Shown here piece after piece: positions 30,419 through 40,519 of a DNA stretch of 64,000 nucleotides. The notes under the pieces are model-generated. The model was not told where the DNA came from and did no database searches. It saw only the letters and a list, made by a program, of their open reading frames with translations. Position numbers and translations under genes: made by a program. The first letter of the stretch is position 1. Each line of letters begins with the position of its first letter. The stretch lies in assembly GCA_048940445.1 (NCBI GenBank), contig JBHLON010000002.1, positions 118,149-182,148 on the forward strand. The letters run 5' to 3'. The stretch comes from Promethearchaeota archaeon (GTDB lineage: Archaea > Asgardarchaeota > Lokiarchaeia > Sigyniarchaeales > SOKP01).

Positions 30419-32362
30419 ATGGAAAAATCTGATAATCAAAGAATTGGATACTATGCTTGTCAGTGAGGTATAAATATTCGTGGAAAAATTGATTGCAATA
30501 AGTTAGTGGAGTACGCTAAAGATTTAGATGGAGTTATCGTTGCTAAACAGCACAGTTTTCTTTGCACTGAGAGTGGTCAAAATGAAATTATTGGGGATAT
30601 AAAAGAAAAAAAATTAAATCGCATTGTAGTTTCTGCTTGAACTCCACGTACTCATGAACCAGTTTATAGAGGATCGATTGCAAAGACAGATTTAAATCCT
30701 TATTACTTTCAGATGGTAAATGTGCGTGAACATTGCTCTTGGTGTACAGAAAGTAATGAAGAGGCATTAGATAAAGCTAAAATCTTGGTAAAGAGTGGTA
30801 TCGAACGAGGAAAACTACTTGAAGTTGTACCCATTAGAACTGTGCCTGTAGAAAAAGCCACCCTGGTGGTGGGTGGAGGAATAGCAGGGATGAATGCGGC
30901 TCTGGATCTCGCCAATCAAGGAATTAAAGTGTATTTGGTTGATAAAAACACAACTATAGGAGGACGAATGGCGCAATTAGACAGAACATTTCCAACTGAT
31001 GACTGTGCGATATGAATCTGTGGACCTAAGATGCTTGAAGTAAATCGAAATGAAAATATTGAGATTCTTAGCTATTCAGAAGTGAAAAAAGTAGAAGGTT
31101 ATGTTGGTAATTATGAAATAACTGTTGAAAAGAAACCTCGTTATATAAATCCAGAAACTTGTAACGGATGTGGGGCTTGCGCAGAAGTATGTCCTACTTA
31201 TACCAATAATTACTTTGATGAATATCTAGGAGCAAGAAAAACAATTGATATTGCTTTTGGTCAAGCAGTCCCTTTTTTATATGATATTCATAGGGAGACT
31301 TGTGTAGAATGCTTTAATTGTGTCGATGCATGTGAGCTTGATGCAATAGATTTCAGCCAAATACCAGAAGAAGTCAAATTTAAAGTTGGAACTATTATCA
31401 TTGCTACTGGTTGGGATATATACGAGCCATTCGGAGAATATGGCTATGGAGAATATGCTAATGTGATCACACAATCTCAACTCGAAAGAATGCTAGCTCC
31501 AAATGGACCATTAGAAGGACACGTCCAGAGAATTTCTGATAATAAAAAACTAAAGGAGATAGTTTTCATTCAATGCGTCGGAAGTCGAGAAACCGAAAGA
31601 ACCTACTGTAGTGGTGTGTGTTGTATGCTTGCTTTAAAAAATGGAAAATTACTTAAAGAAGAATTTCCTGATGCTAATATTACTATCTGCTATATTGATA
31701 TAAGAACTAATGAGAAAGGTTTTGAAGAATATTACCAACGAGCTAAGGATTCTGATATTCGAATGATTCGTGGTAAAGTTGGTGAGATTACAGAAGATCC
31801 TGAGACTAAAAATGTTAAAATACGCGTTTATTCATCATTAACAGATGAAATAATTAATATTGATGCAGATTTAGTAGTTTTATCAACAGCAGCATTACCA
31901 TCTAAAGGGACTCAACAAATTGCCAAAGTTTTAAACTTAGATGTTGATAAGAATGGATTTCTGACCGAATCCCACTTTGGTTTGATGCCACAAGAAACAA
32001 AAACTAAAGGTATTTTTATAGCTGGATTTGCCCAAGGACCTAAAGACATTGCTTATTCAGTTTCACAAGCTAGAGCTGCTGCAAGTAAGGTTGCAGAACT
32101 GACTTCTACCGGTGAAATTGACTTAGAGTTAATTATAGCCGAGGTAGATAAAGATTCCTGTATTTCTTGTAGAAGATGCGAAAAAGAATGTCCAAAAGGT
32201 GCAATAAAGATCGTAGAAGATGAGGGTGCAATTGTTGATGAAATAAATTGTGATGGTTGCGGTATATGCGCTACTTGTTGCCCTACACGAGCAATTGATA
32301 TACGATATTATAGGGATCATCAGTTATATGCTGAAATTGAAGCTCTATTAGGAGGTGTTTAA
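30419..32362 (+). CDS. hdrA: Heterodisulfide reductase subunit A, selenoprotein with 3 Sec (codons 16, 74, 199); 647 aa
   Basis: One frame from ATG 30419. TGA at 30464 (YACQ-U-GINI vs LICHCGINI), 30638 (VSA-U-TPRTHE vs VASCTPRTHE) and 31013 (DCAI-U-ICGPKM vs DCSLCILAPKM in the in-window paralog); joins track ORFs 30713-31015 and 31031-32362. Confidence 0.95.
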
Positions 32363-32366
32363 ATAA

Positions 32367-32810
32367 ATGGACACAAATTTCAATATATTGATGTTTGCTT
32401 GTTTAAAATGAGGTTATGGTGCTGCAGATTTAGCAGGAGTGTCTCGATTAAAATATACACCGTCTGTTAAAATAGTAAAAATTAGGTGTACTGGACGGAT
32501 TGATGTGAAACATATCTTATATGCGATTAAGTCTGGAGCTGATGGTGTAATGATAGTTGGATGACGACCAGATGAATGTCAATTTAAGTACGGTAATTTT
32601 AAAGCACAAACTCATGTTGATTTGGCCAACAGAATATTAGAACGTAGAGGATTTGGAAACCAGAGAATAAATCAATATTGGTTAAGTAGCGCTGAATCAG
32701 AAAAATTAGTTAAAAGTGTTGAAGATGCAGTAGAAAAGGTACAACGTATGGGTAAAAACCCAATCCACGATATAAAATCTAAAAAAAAGAAAGCAAGCAT
32801 TGCCTCTTAG
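32367..32810 (+). CDS. mvhD: MvhD/VhuD [2Fe-2S] subunit, selenoprotein with 2 Sec (codons 15, 66); 147 aa
   Basis: ATG 32367 after GGAGG. TGA at 32409 (FACLK-U-GYGAADLAG vs FCCNWCSYAGADLAG) and 32562 (IVG-U-RPDEC vs ITGCHIGDC); RCTGRID. Confidence 0.95.
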
Positions 32811-32850
32811 AATGACTCTTATAAATAAATCTTCGTTATAAGATGACTAA
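32807..32850 (+). promoter_or_regulatory. Eukaryote-like (Loki-type) SECIS element
   Basis: UUAG/CUAA stem, AAU bulge, tandem G.A/A.G (AUGA..GA), perfect 8-bp UCUUAUAA/UUAUAAGA helix, apical loop containing AAA; begins at the mvhD stop. Confidence 0.85.
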
Positions 32851-32915
32851 CCATGTGTTGGTAAAGGAGGTATTAATAAAATTAAATTATTAAAAACTAA
32901 AATAATTGTAAAAGT

Positions 32916-34421
32916 ATGGTTCAGGTAGTGAATGAGAAATCATTCAGTGGAATTTCTCCAAAGAATTTAATGGAAGCAACTTATAAAGCATCTGAAAATT
33001 TCCAAATTAGAGCCTTTTATGAATCTAAAGAAGAAATCTTAAAGGCATCTAAATACTCAGAAAATGAATTTTATGAGATATACGATGCTATGCTAGATGC
33101 GGAGACGGAAAGAAAAATAGTATTAGAGGGGCTTAGAGGTAATAAACCTTTATTTTTAGAAGAAATAGTGAAAATTGTAACCGAATTTCCAGCAAATAAT
33201 GTTATTCGAGATATAATCTATTTAAAAGAGCAAGGATATATTGAGGAACAAATTGAAGTTAAAACTAAAGTAGTTATAAAAAAAATAAAAGGAGTAGAAA
33301 AAGAGGTAGAAGAAAAAGAATACTTTTATAGGTATCAAGTAAGAAAAGTACCTGATAAGTTCGTTGAAAATTATTTTGAACCTGTTTCAATAGTATTCGA
33401 ATCAGAAGTATGTTGTCAATGTGGTTGGTGTAGTAGCATTTGTCCCGTAAATGCAATAAACGTGACAGCAGATCTACTTGAAATTGATGAAGAAAAATGC
33501 ATGAAATGTGGTTTATGTTTTTCAGTCTGTCCTCGGACTTTTTCAATTGATCAAGTTTATAAAACAATCAAACAATTAGATAAAAATCTTAAGTGGTCAG
33601 CTAAAATCGGAGCTTATGTCAATGCCTATTCAGGAGCAACAACTAAAGAACAAATAAAAAAAGTAAAACAAGATGGAGGTGTCGTCACTTCACTATTAGA
33701 GTATCTGTTAGAGAACAATTTAGTAGATGCAATAATTGCTGTCAAACATTCTAAGGATTTATGGAGACCAGAACCAATAATAGTTGAAAAAGTTAGTGAT
33801 CTTTATAAAACGGGTGGTACTAAGTATGCTAATGCTGCTACATTATCAATTATTCAGATGGCTAAAAATTATGAAAGAATAGCAGTGGTGGGAGTTCCTT
33901 GTATGATGAAAGCAATTGAAAAAGGCACTCTTTTTCCAAGTGGATTGCCATTCTTTAAAAATATTAAATTTAGAATTGGATTATTTTGCATGGAATCCTT
34001 TCCCTATGATGGAGTAGTGCAACTAACGAAAGAAAAATTTGATAAGGATATTAACCAATTAACTAAAATGAATATTGATAGTGGGAAATTTATTATTAAT
34101 TTGAATTCTGGAGAAGAGTTAAAGGTAGATTTGAAAGAAGTCAAATCATATGCTCGCAATAATTGTCATTATTGTGAAGATTTAACCTCTGATTATGCTG
34201 ATATTTCGGTTGGCTCCATAGGTTCTCAAGGAGGTTGGTCTTCTGTAATTACACGTTCTAAGCAAGGAGATCAAATTTATCAAGGTGCAATAAGAGCTGG
34301 TTTAATAGAATCTCAAAGTTTAAAGGATGTTAAACCAGGCTTAGGTCTTTTGGAGCGAATTGCGGGAAGTAAAAGGAAAAATTGTAAGGTAATTGAACTT
34401 AAAAAGGAAAAAATATTATGA
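32916..34421 (+). CDS. FrhB/FdhB-family F420-binding subunit with N-terminal winged-helix-like domain
   Basis: CCQCGWC, CMKCGLC, QDGGVVT, GTKY, VGVPC, GLFCME, ADISVGS. Confidence 0.9.
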   Translation: MVQVVNEKSFSGISPKNLMEATYKASENFQIRAFYESKEEILKASKYSENEFYEIYDAMLDAETERKIVLEGLRGNKPLFLEEIVKIVTEFPANNVIRDIIYLKEQGYIEEQIEVKTKVVIKKIKGVEKEVEEKEYFYRYQVRKVPDKFVENYFEPVSIVFESEVCCQCGWCSSICPVNAINVTADLLEIDEEKCMKCGLCFSVCPRTFSIDQVYKTIKQLDKNLKWSAKIGAYVNAYSGATTKEQIKKVKQDGGVVTSLLEYLLENNLVDAIIAVKHSKDLWRPEPIIVEKVSDLYKTGGTKYANAATLSIIQMAKNYERIAVVGVPCMMKAIEKGTLFPSGLPFFKNIKFRIGLFCMESFPYDGVVQLTKEKFDKDINQLTKMNIDSGKFIINLNSGEELKVDLKEVKSYARNNCHYCEDLTSDYADISVGSIGSQGGWSSVITRSKQGDQIYQGAIRAGLIESQSLKDVKPGLGLLERIAGSKRKNCKVIELKKEKIL

Positions 34422-35530
34422 GTTCAAAAACATTCGAGGACTTGATTAAAGAAGTTCATGAAAAGGGTATCTGTCAAGAATGTGGAGGTTGTGTGTCATT
34501 CTGCTCATCAGCAGAATATAACGTCATAGGCTTATTGGATCCCTATAAACCTCCAAAATACATTAATAAAGATAAGTGCCTTGAATGTGGAATCTGTTAT
34601 TATATTTGTCCTCAAACACATATACTAGATAGTGATTTAAATAACATATACAATTTTTCAGATTTCTCTTCAACTCCTATTGGATACTATGAAGATATAT
34701 ATTCTTGTCAAGCTACAGATCCGGAGTTTTTAAAGTTTGGAACAGATGGAGGGGTTGTTAACTCAATTATAAATTTCTTGATTGAAAAAAAAATGATAAA
34801 TGGTGCCATAGTCTCGAAAACTGATGCTCCATTTTCCAGAGAGGCAACATTTGCAGATAGCAAATATGATTTATTAAAAGCTTCAGGTGCAAAATTAGAT
34901 GTAACCCCACAATTAAATGAAATACAAAAGTTTTGCACATATACTCACTCGATCCCTAAATTAAATCATTATAAATTTAAGAAATTAGCGATAGTTGGCA
35001 CTCCATGTCAAATTTATACCATAAGATGTATGCAAGATTTAGGAGTCACTCCTTCAGAAAACATTGAAATTTGTCTTGGTTTATTTTGCTATGAAAACTT
35101 TTTTTTTGAGAAATTTCAAATTGAGAAGTTTGAAAAAGATTTTAATATAAAATTTAATGATATTGTGAAGATAAATATTAAGGAAGATGTAATTTTTAAA
35201 ATAAAAAGTGAGGGCCCTTCAGAGAAAATCGTCCATATTCCTTTTAATCATTTGAATGACTATATGCGTCCAGCATGTAATGCCTGTAATGATTTTACTA
35301 ATATCTATGCGGATATATCATTTGGAGGATTAGGGTCTCCGGATAAATATACTACTGTAATAACACGAACAAAAAGAGGAAAAGAGATTTTTTCAAAAAT
35401 CATCGATGAAGGAATAATTTTAAGCAAAGAAATGGATCCTCCAAAAAAAAAGAAAATGTTAGATTTAATAATTGAATATTCAAAATCTAAAGTATTACGT
35501 AAAGAGAGATTTATGCAGAAATTAAATTAA
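34418..35530 (+). CDS. FrhB/FdhB-family F420-binding subunit
   Basis: CQECGGC, CLECGIC, DGGVV, VGTPCQ, GLFCYE, CNACND, ADISFG; ATGA overlap. Confidence 0.9.
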   Translation: MSSKTFEDLIKEVHEKGICQECGGCVSFCSSAEYNVIGLLDPYKPPKYINKDKCLECGICYYICPQTHILDSDLNNIYNFSDFSSTPIGYYEDIYSCQATDPEFLKFGTDGGVVNSIINFLIEKKMINGAIVSKTDAPFSREATFADSKYDLLKASGAKLDVTPQLNEIQKFCTYTHSIPKLNHYKFKKLAIVGTPCQIYTIRCMQDLGVTPSENIEICLGLFCYENFFFEKFQIEKFEKDFNIKFNDIVKINIKEDVIFKIKSEGPSEKIVHIPFNHLNDYMRPACNACNDFTNIYADISFGGLGSPDKYTTVITRTKRGKEIFSKIIDEGIILSKEMDPPKKKKMLDLIIEYSKSKVLRKERFMQKLN

Positions 35531-35578
35531 AGAGGGAGAGATATAACAGAATCAAAAAGAGACCTTGAAAGGAAAAAA

Positions 35579-36805
35579 ATGTTCGGTGATACATTAGACT
35601 ATTTGGATAAAGTTTATGAATCTAATCTAAGGAATTTATTAAAAAAATGCTATCAATGTGGACGTTGTAGTGGTGTTTGTCAATTAAGCAAAGTTCAAAA
35701 ATTTCCACCAAGTAGGATTATACAGTTAATCTTAGAAGGATTTGAAGATAAAGTATTGAATTCAGGTGTTTTATGGGATTGCCTTACGTGTAATCAATGT
35801 TTAAAAGATTGTCCAGAGAAAATCAACTTTGCAGATATTGTTAGAATAGCAAGGTATAAAATGAGGCATGAAACAAACCAAAAATCTGATGAATTTATTG
35901 CTCATAAGGGGATTTACACTACAATAGCAGAAATGATGAGTAGACCATACATAACTCCAGAGAGATCGCTAGAGTGGATACCAAAAGATTGTAGTGTGTT
36001 AGAAAAAGGAGAACTCCTATATTATGTAGGATGTTTACCTTTTTATGAATATGAATTTGAAGATTCAAATAATATAGCTAAGTGTACATTACAACTTCTA
36101 TGCCAAATCGAACAAAAACCAATAGTAGTTTTAAAAGAGGAGAGTTGTTGTGGTCACGATATTTACTGGGGACAGGGGAAATTAAAGACATTTATTAAAT
36201 TAGCAAAGAAAAATTTGGAAAAATTTGAGAAAGCGGGAGTTTCTAAGATAGTTACTGCTTGTGCAGAATGTTATCGTACTCTAAAAATTGATTATTCTAA
36301 TATTTTTGAGAATTTCTCAACTAGGTTTGAAGTACAGCACATTATTGAATATATTTATGATAAATGGAAAGAAAATGAAATAGCTTTTAAGGGACCAAAC
36401 AAAAAAGATAAAGATACAATATTTACCTATCATGATCCTTGTAGGTTGAGTAGATTTTTACCCGAAGAGGATAATTTAACAAAAAAAGTTAGAGAAATTT
36501 TCGATGAATTAACAAGATTAGGATTTAATTTTAAGGAAATGAAACATAATAAAGAAAATTCTCTCTGTTGTGGAGTTAATTCCTGGATGAACTGCAATGA
36601 AAAATCTAAAGCACTTAGATATAAACGTATGTTAGAAGCAAAATCAGCAGCTCCTTTAATGGTGACTTCATGTCCGAAATGTGAGATTCATTTTAAATGT
36701 CTTCAGAACGATTTCGAAGATATAGAAGATATTAAAATCTTGGATTTTTCAGAGTTTATTATAAATCATGTTGAAATGATTGACAACTTGAATAGCGAGG
36801 AATAA
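35579..36805 (+). CDS. HdrD-like (HdrC+HdrB) Fe-S oxidoreductase with CCG domains
   Basis: CYQCGRC, CLTCNQC..CP, YYVGC, CCG x2, TYHDPC, SCPKC. Confidence 0.88.
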   Translation: MFGDTLDYLDKVYESNLRNLLKKCYQCGRCSGVCQLSKVQKFPPSRIIQLILEGFEDKVLNSGVLWDCLTCNQCLKDCPEKINFADIVRIARYKMRHETNQKSDEFIAHKGIYTTIAEMMSRPYITPERSLEWIPKDCSVLEKGELLYYVGCLPFYEYEFEDSNNIAKCTLQLLCQIEQKPIVVLKEESCCGHDIYWGQGKLKTFIKLAKKNLEKFEKAGVSKIVTACAECYRTLKIDYSNIFENFSTRFEVQHIIEYIYDKWKENEIAFKGPNKKDKDTIFTYHDPCRLSRFLPEEDNLTKKVREIFDELTRLGFNFKEMKHNKENSLCCGVNSWMNCNEKSKALRYKRMLEAKSAAPLMVTSCPKCEIHFKCLQNDFEDIEDIKILDFSEFIINHVEMIDNLNSEE

Positions 36806-36809
36806 CAGA

Positions 36810-39800
36810 ATGGAAGGATCTGTCTTAGTAATAGGTGGGGGTATCGCAGGAATTCAAACCTCATTAGATTTAACGGAATTGGGATTTAAAGTTTACTTAG
36901 TGGAAAGAAATCCTTCAATCGGAGGTCGTATGGCTCAACTTGATAAAACTTTTCCTACAAATGATTGTAGTCTTTGTATCTTAGCACCAAAGATGGTAGA
37001 AGTCTTTAGAAATCCAAACATAGAACTTATGACATATCATGAAGTATTAAATGTATCTGGAACAGTCGGAGACTTTAAAGTTAAGATTCTGAAAAAGCCA
37101 AGATATATAGATGAAACCAAATGTAAGGGTTGTGGCGATTGTTCTCAGCGTTGTCCGAAGATTGAAGTCCCGAATTTATTCGATATGAAATTAGGTAAAA
37201 GGAAATCTATATACATCCCTTTTCCACAAGCTGTACCTCCTATATATTTAATTGATCCTGAAATCTGTCTTAAATTAACTAAAGGAGTTTGTGGTGTATG
37301 TGAGAAAGTATGTAAAGCTGAAGCAATCGATTATGAACAACAGCCTCGGGAATTTGAGATTAAAGTAGGAGCAATTGTAGTTGCTACGGGATTTGATATG
37401 CCAGCAGAACAAATAACCTCCCGGTGGGGGTATCAATATAAAAATGTTATTAGTGCTTTAGAATATGAAAGAATATTATGTGCTTCAGGTCCATTTGGTG
37501 GTCATATATTACGGCCAAGTGATGAAACTGAGCCTGAGAGGATTGCTTTCATACAATGTGCTGGTTCACGAGATTTACATGAAAATATTCCTTACTGTTC
37601 AAGCGTTTGTTGTATGTACACCGCAAAGGAAGCTATTATCACCAAAGAACATTCAGAAAAAGCTAAATGTTTTGTGTTTAGGCACGATATAAGAGCTTAT
37701 GGTAAGAATTTCTATGAATTCACCCAGAGGGCACAAGATGAATATGGTGTACAATATTTTCAGACCAAAGTTAGTAAAGTCGAAGAAGATCCTAGCAATA
37801 ATGATTTAATCATTCACTATGAAGATTTAAAAACGGGAAAATTTAATAATTTCAGGAGCAATTTAGTAGTATTAGCAACACCATTAGTTCCATCAAAGGG
37901 TACAATTGAAATGGGAAAAATTTTAGGTGTTAAACTAGATAAATATAACTTCTTTAAGGAAAGCTCATATTTTAATAAATCACTCTCATCTAAAGAGGGA
38001 ATATTTTTAAGCGGTTTTTGTCAGGGACCAATGGATATTCCAGAAACTGTGGCAGATGCAAGTGGAGTAGCATCTCAAATTGCTTCACTATTAAATTCTG
38101 TTAAATTTAAAGCCATAAGGGAAAAAGTTAGAGAGAAATCTGAGATCGAGGTTAAAATTTCTGATGAACCTCGAATTGGGGTTCTAATATGTCATTGTGG
38201 AATAAATATTGGTAAATATATTGATGTTTCCGGTGTTGTTGAATATGTGAAAACATTACCGTTTGTAGCTCACTGTGAGTCTAATCTATACTCTTGTTCA
38301 AGTGATTCTCAAGCAAGAATTAAAGAAATGATTGAAGAATATAACTTAAATAGGTTTATTGTTGCTTCCTGTACACCCCGAACTCATGAAGCTCTATTCC
38401 AAGAAACTTGTCAAGAAGCAGGTTTGAATAAATATTTATTCGAAATGGTAAACATTCGAGATCAATGTTCTTGGGTTCATATGAATGAATATGAATTTGC
38501 TACTGAAAAAGCTAAAGATTTAATTAGAATGGCCATTGCAAAAGCACGTTTATTAAAACCTCTTAACGAAGCGCGATTAGATATAACTCCAACAGCCTTA
38601 ATAATTGGTGCTGGAGTTTCTGGTATGACTGCGGCTTTAAATATTTCTAAACAGGGATTTAAAGTTTTTTTAGTAGAGAAAGAAAAGAAGTTAGGCGGAA
38701 TTTTAAATAACTTAAATATTTTATATCCTGTTCATGAGGATGCATCAACGTTTTTAGATGCTATAAGTAGGGATGTAAAGAGCAGCAAAAATATTGAACT
38801 ATTTTTAGACTCCCAAATTAAAAGTATCAAAGGTTATATTGGTAATTATGATGTTTCAATCATCGATTCAAAACAGAAAGTCCATGAATTAAAGATTGGA
38901 ACGATTATCGTGGCAACTGGTGCCCAAGAATTAAAACCAAATGGGATTTTTCAATATAGCGAGAAAAATGAAAACGTAATAACTCAACTTGAATTAGAAG
39001 AAAAGTTGAAAAGTAAAGATTCATCATGGTTAGATGAAATTGAAAGAGTAACAGTTATTTTATGTGTAAACGCAAGACAAAAAGAAGGAATCACTTATTG
39101 TTCTAACATTTGTTGTGGGGTAAGTATTAAAAATCTAAGTCTATTAAAAGAATTAAAACCTGAGATTGAGATTGTTGTTCTTTATAGAGATCTACAAATG
39201 GCTAAAAAAGAATTTGAAGAATATTATCGTGAGCGTAGGAAGAACGCGATATTTCTTAGATATAGTTTAGAACGGTTGCCAAAAATCGATAAAATAAGTA
39301 ATAAACCAGAAAAATACAAAATAAGTTTATTTGATACTAATTTGCAAGAGGATCTTAGTTTTGATACAGATTTAGTCATACTAGCAACTCCTATGATTCC
39401 CAATAACAACCTAACAGAATTGGCGAAAATGCTCAAGGTGCCTTTAGATAAAAATGGATTTTTTTTAGAAGCACATGTAAAACTTCGACCTTTAGATTTT
39501 GCTACTGACGGAATATTTTTAAGTGGCTGTGCTCAATGGCCGAAAAATGTGCAAGATTCAATTGCTCAAGCAAATGGTGCTGCAGGAAGGGCTAGTAGAT
39601 TTTTAAGTGCAAAAACAATAACAACTTCTGGTTTAATAGCTGAAGTAAACCCAGACAGATGCATAGGATGTGGAAAATGTGAATCTGTTTGTCCATATAA
39701 CGCGATTGAGATTAAAGAAGCACTTATGGAGTTTGAGGAAGTCAGCATAAAAGTAGCAAAATCGTTTATAAATTCAGCTTTATGTAAAGGATGTGGTACA

Positions 39801-39893
39801 TGTGCGGCTACTTGCCCTAATGGTGCTATCTCAGTTAAACATTATGATTTTGATCAAATTTATGCAATGATCGAATCTTATCTACTAGAATAA
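36810..39893 (+). CDS. hdrA: Large two-module HdrA-like flavoprotein (all-Cys)
   Basis: GGGIAG, DKTFPTNDCSLC, CHCGINI, ASCTPRTHE, second FAD module, C-terminal ferredoxin. Confidence 0.93.
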   Translation: MEGSVLVIGGGIAGIQTSLDLTELGFKVYLVERNPSIGGRMAQLDKTFPTNDCSLCILAPKMVEVFRNPNIELMTYHEVLNVSGTVGDFKVKILKKPRYIDETKCKGCGDCSQRCPKIEVPNLFDMKLGKRKSIYIPFPQAVPPIYLIDPEICLKLTKGVCGVCEKVCKAEAIDYEQQPREFEIKVGAIVVATGFDMPAEQITSRWGYQYKNVISALEYERILCASGPFGGHILRPSDETEPERIAFIQCAGSRDLHENIPYCSSVCCMYTAKEAIITKEHSEKAKCFVFRHDIRAYGKNFYEFTQRAQDEYGVQYFQTKVSKVEEDPSNNDLIIHYEDLKTGKFNNFRSNLVVLATPLVPSKGTIEMGKILGVKLDKYNFFKESSYFNKSLSSKEGIFLSGFCQGPMDIPETVADASGVASQIASLLNSVKFKAIREKVREKSEIEVKISDEPRIGVLICHCGINIGKYIDVSGVVEYVKTLPFVAHCESNLYSCSSDSQARIKEMIEEYNLNRFIVASCTPRTHEALFQETCQEAGLNKYLFEMVNIRDQCSWVHMNEYEFATEKAKDLIRMAIAKARLLKPLNEARLDITPTALIIGAGVSGMTAALNISKQGFKVFLVEKEKKLGGILNNLNILYPVHEDASTFLDAISRDVKSSKNIELFLDSQIKSIKGYIGNYDVSIIDSKQKVHELKIGTIIVATGAQELKPNGIFQYSEKNENVITQLELEEKLKSKDSSWLDEIERVTVILCVNARQKEGITYCSNICCGVSIKNLSLLKELKPEIEIVVLYRDLQMAKKEFEEYYRERRKNAIFLRYSLERLPKIDKISNKPEKYKISLFDTNLQEDLSFDTDLVILATPMIPNNNLTELAKMLKVPLDKNGFFLEAHVKLRPLDFATDGIFLSGCAQWPKNVQDSIAQANGAAGRASRFLSAKTITTSGLIAEVNPDRCIGCGKCESVCPYNAIEIKEALMEFEEVSIKVAKSFINSALCKGCGTCAATCPNGAISVKHYDFDQIYAMIESYLLE

Positions 39894-39906
39894 AAGGAGA
39901 GCTTAT

Positions 39907-40350
39907 ATGCCAAGAACTACAACAAAAGTAAAACCTAAAGTTAAACAATTTAACCCTGAAATCTTGGTATTTTGTTGTAATTGGTGCAGTTATGCAGGAG
40001 CAGATTTAGCTGGAGTCTCAAGGTTCCAATACCCTCCCAATATGAGGATTGTAAGGGTTATGTGTTCTGGAAGAGTGGATCCTGCATTTGTCATAAAAGC
40101 TTTAAAAGAAGGTGCTGATGGTGTCTTAATAACAGGATGTCATATTGGAGATTGTCATTATATTTCAGGAAATGAGTATGCAAGAGAAAGATTCGGTAGG
40201 TTACATGAGGTTATTATAAAACAATTAGGGATAAATGAGAAAAGAGTTCGGTTGGAATGGGTCAGTGCTTCCGAAGGCAAAAGATTTGCTGAATTAATCA
40301 CAGAATTTACAAACGAGATTAAAGAGTTAGGACCTCTTAAAGTCTTATAA
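39907..40350 (+). CDS. mvhD: MvhD [2Fe-2S] subunit (Cys-type)
   Basis: FCCNWCSYAGADLAG, VMCSGRVD, GCHIGDCHY, WVSASEG. Confidence 0.95.
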   Translation: MPRTTTKVKPKVKQFNPEILVFCCNWCSYAGADLAGVSRFQYPPNMRIVRVMCSGRVDPAFVIKALKEGADGVLITGCHIGDCHYISGNEYARERFGRLHEVIIKQLGINEKRVRLEWVSASEGKRFAELITEFTNEIKELGPLKVL

Positions 40351-40519
40351 TTTGTTGAACTTTTCTTAATTACAAATAATTTTTCTGCTCTTTTTTGATA
40401 AAAAAGAGCTTTTTGAGGATAAAATTTAAATAATAACATATCTATTTTGTACACAACAAGGCTTTTTTGATAACAAAAAGAAAAATTTATAAATATTAGT
40501 TATACGAATTTAAAAAAGA

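Noticed and set aside
30419-32810. hdrA/mvhD as pseudogenes, or TGA=Trp genetic code
   Set aside because: All five stops are TGA at conserved Cys positions, with no frameshifts and a SECIS-like hairpin downstream. Trp is encoded by TGG throughout, and TGA still ends three genes.
34419-34421. TGA ending the first frhB (and the TGA at 11487-11489) as Sec read-through
   Set aside because: Both are ATGA stop/start overlaps at natural protein ends and not at Cys positions. The 34419 frame hits another TGA eight codons later.
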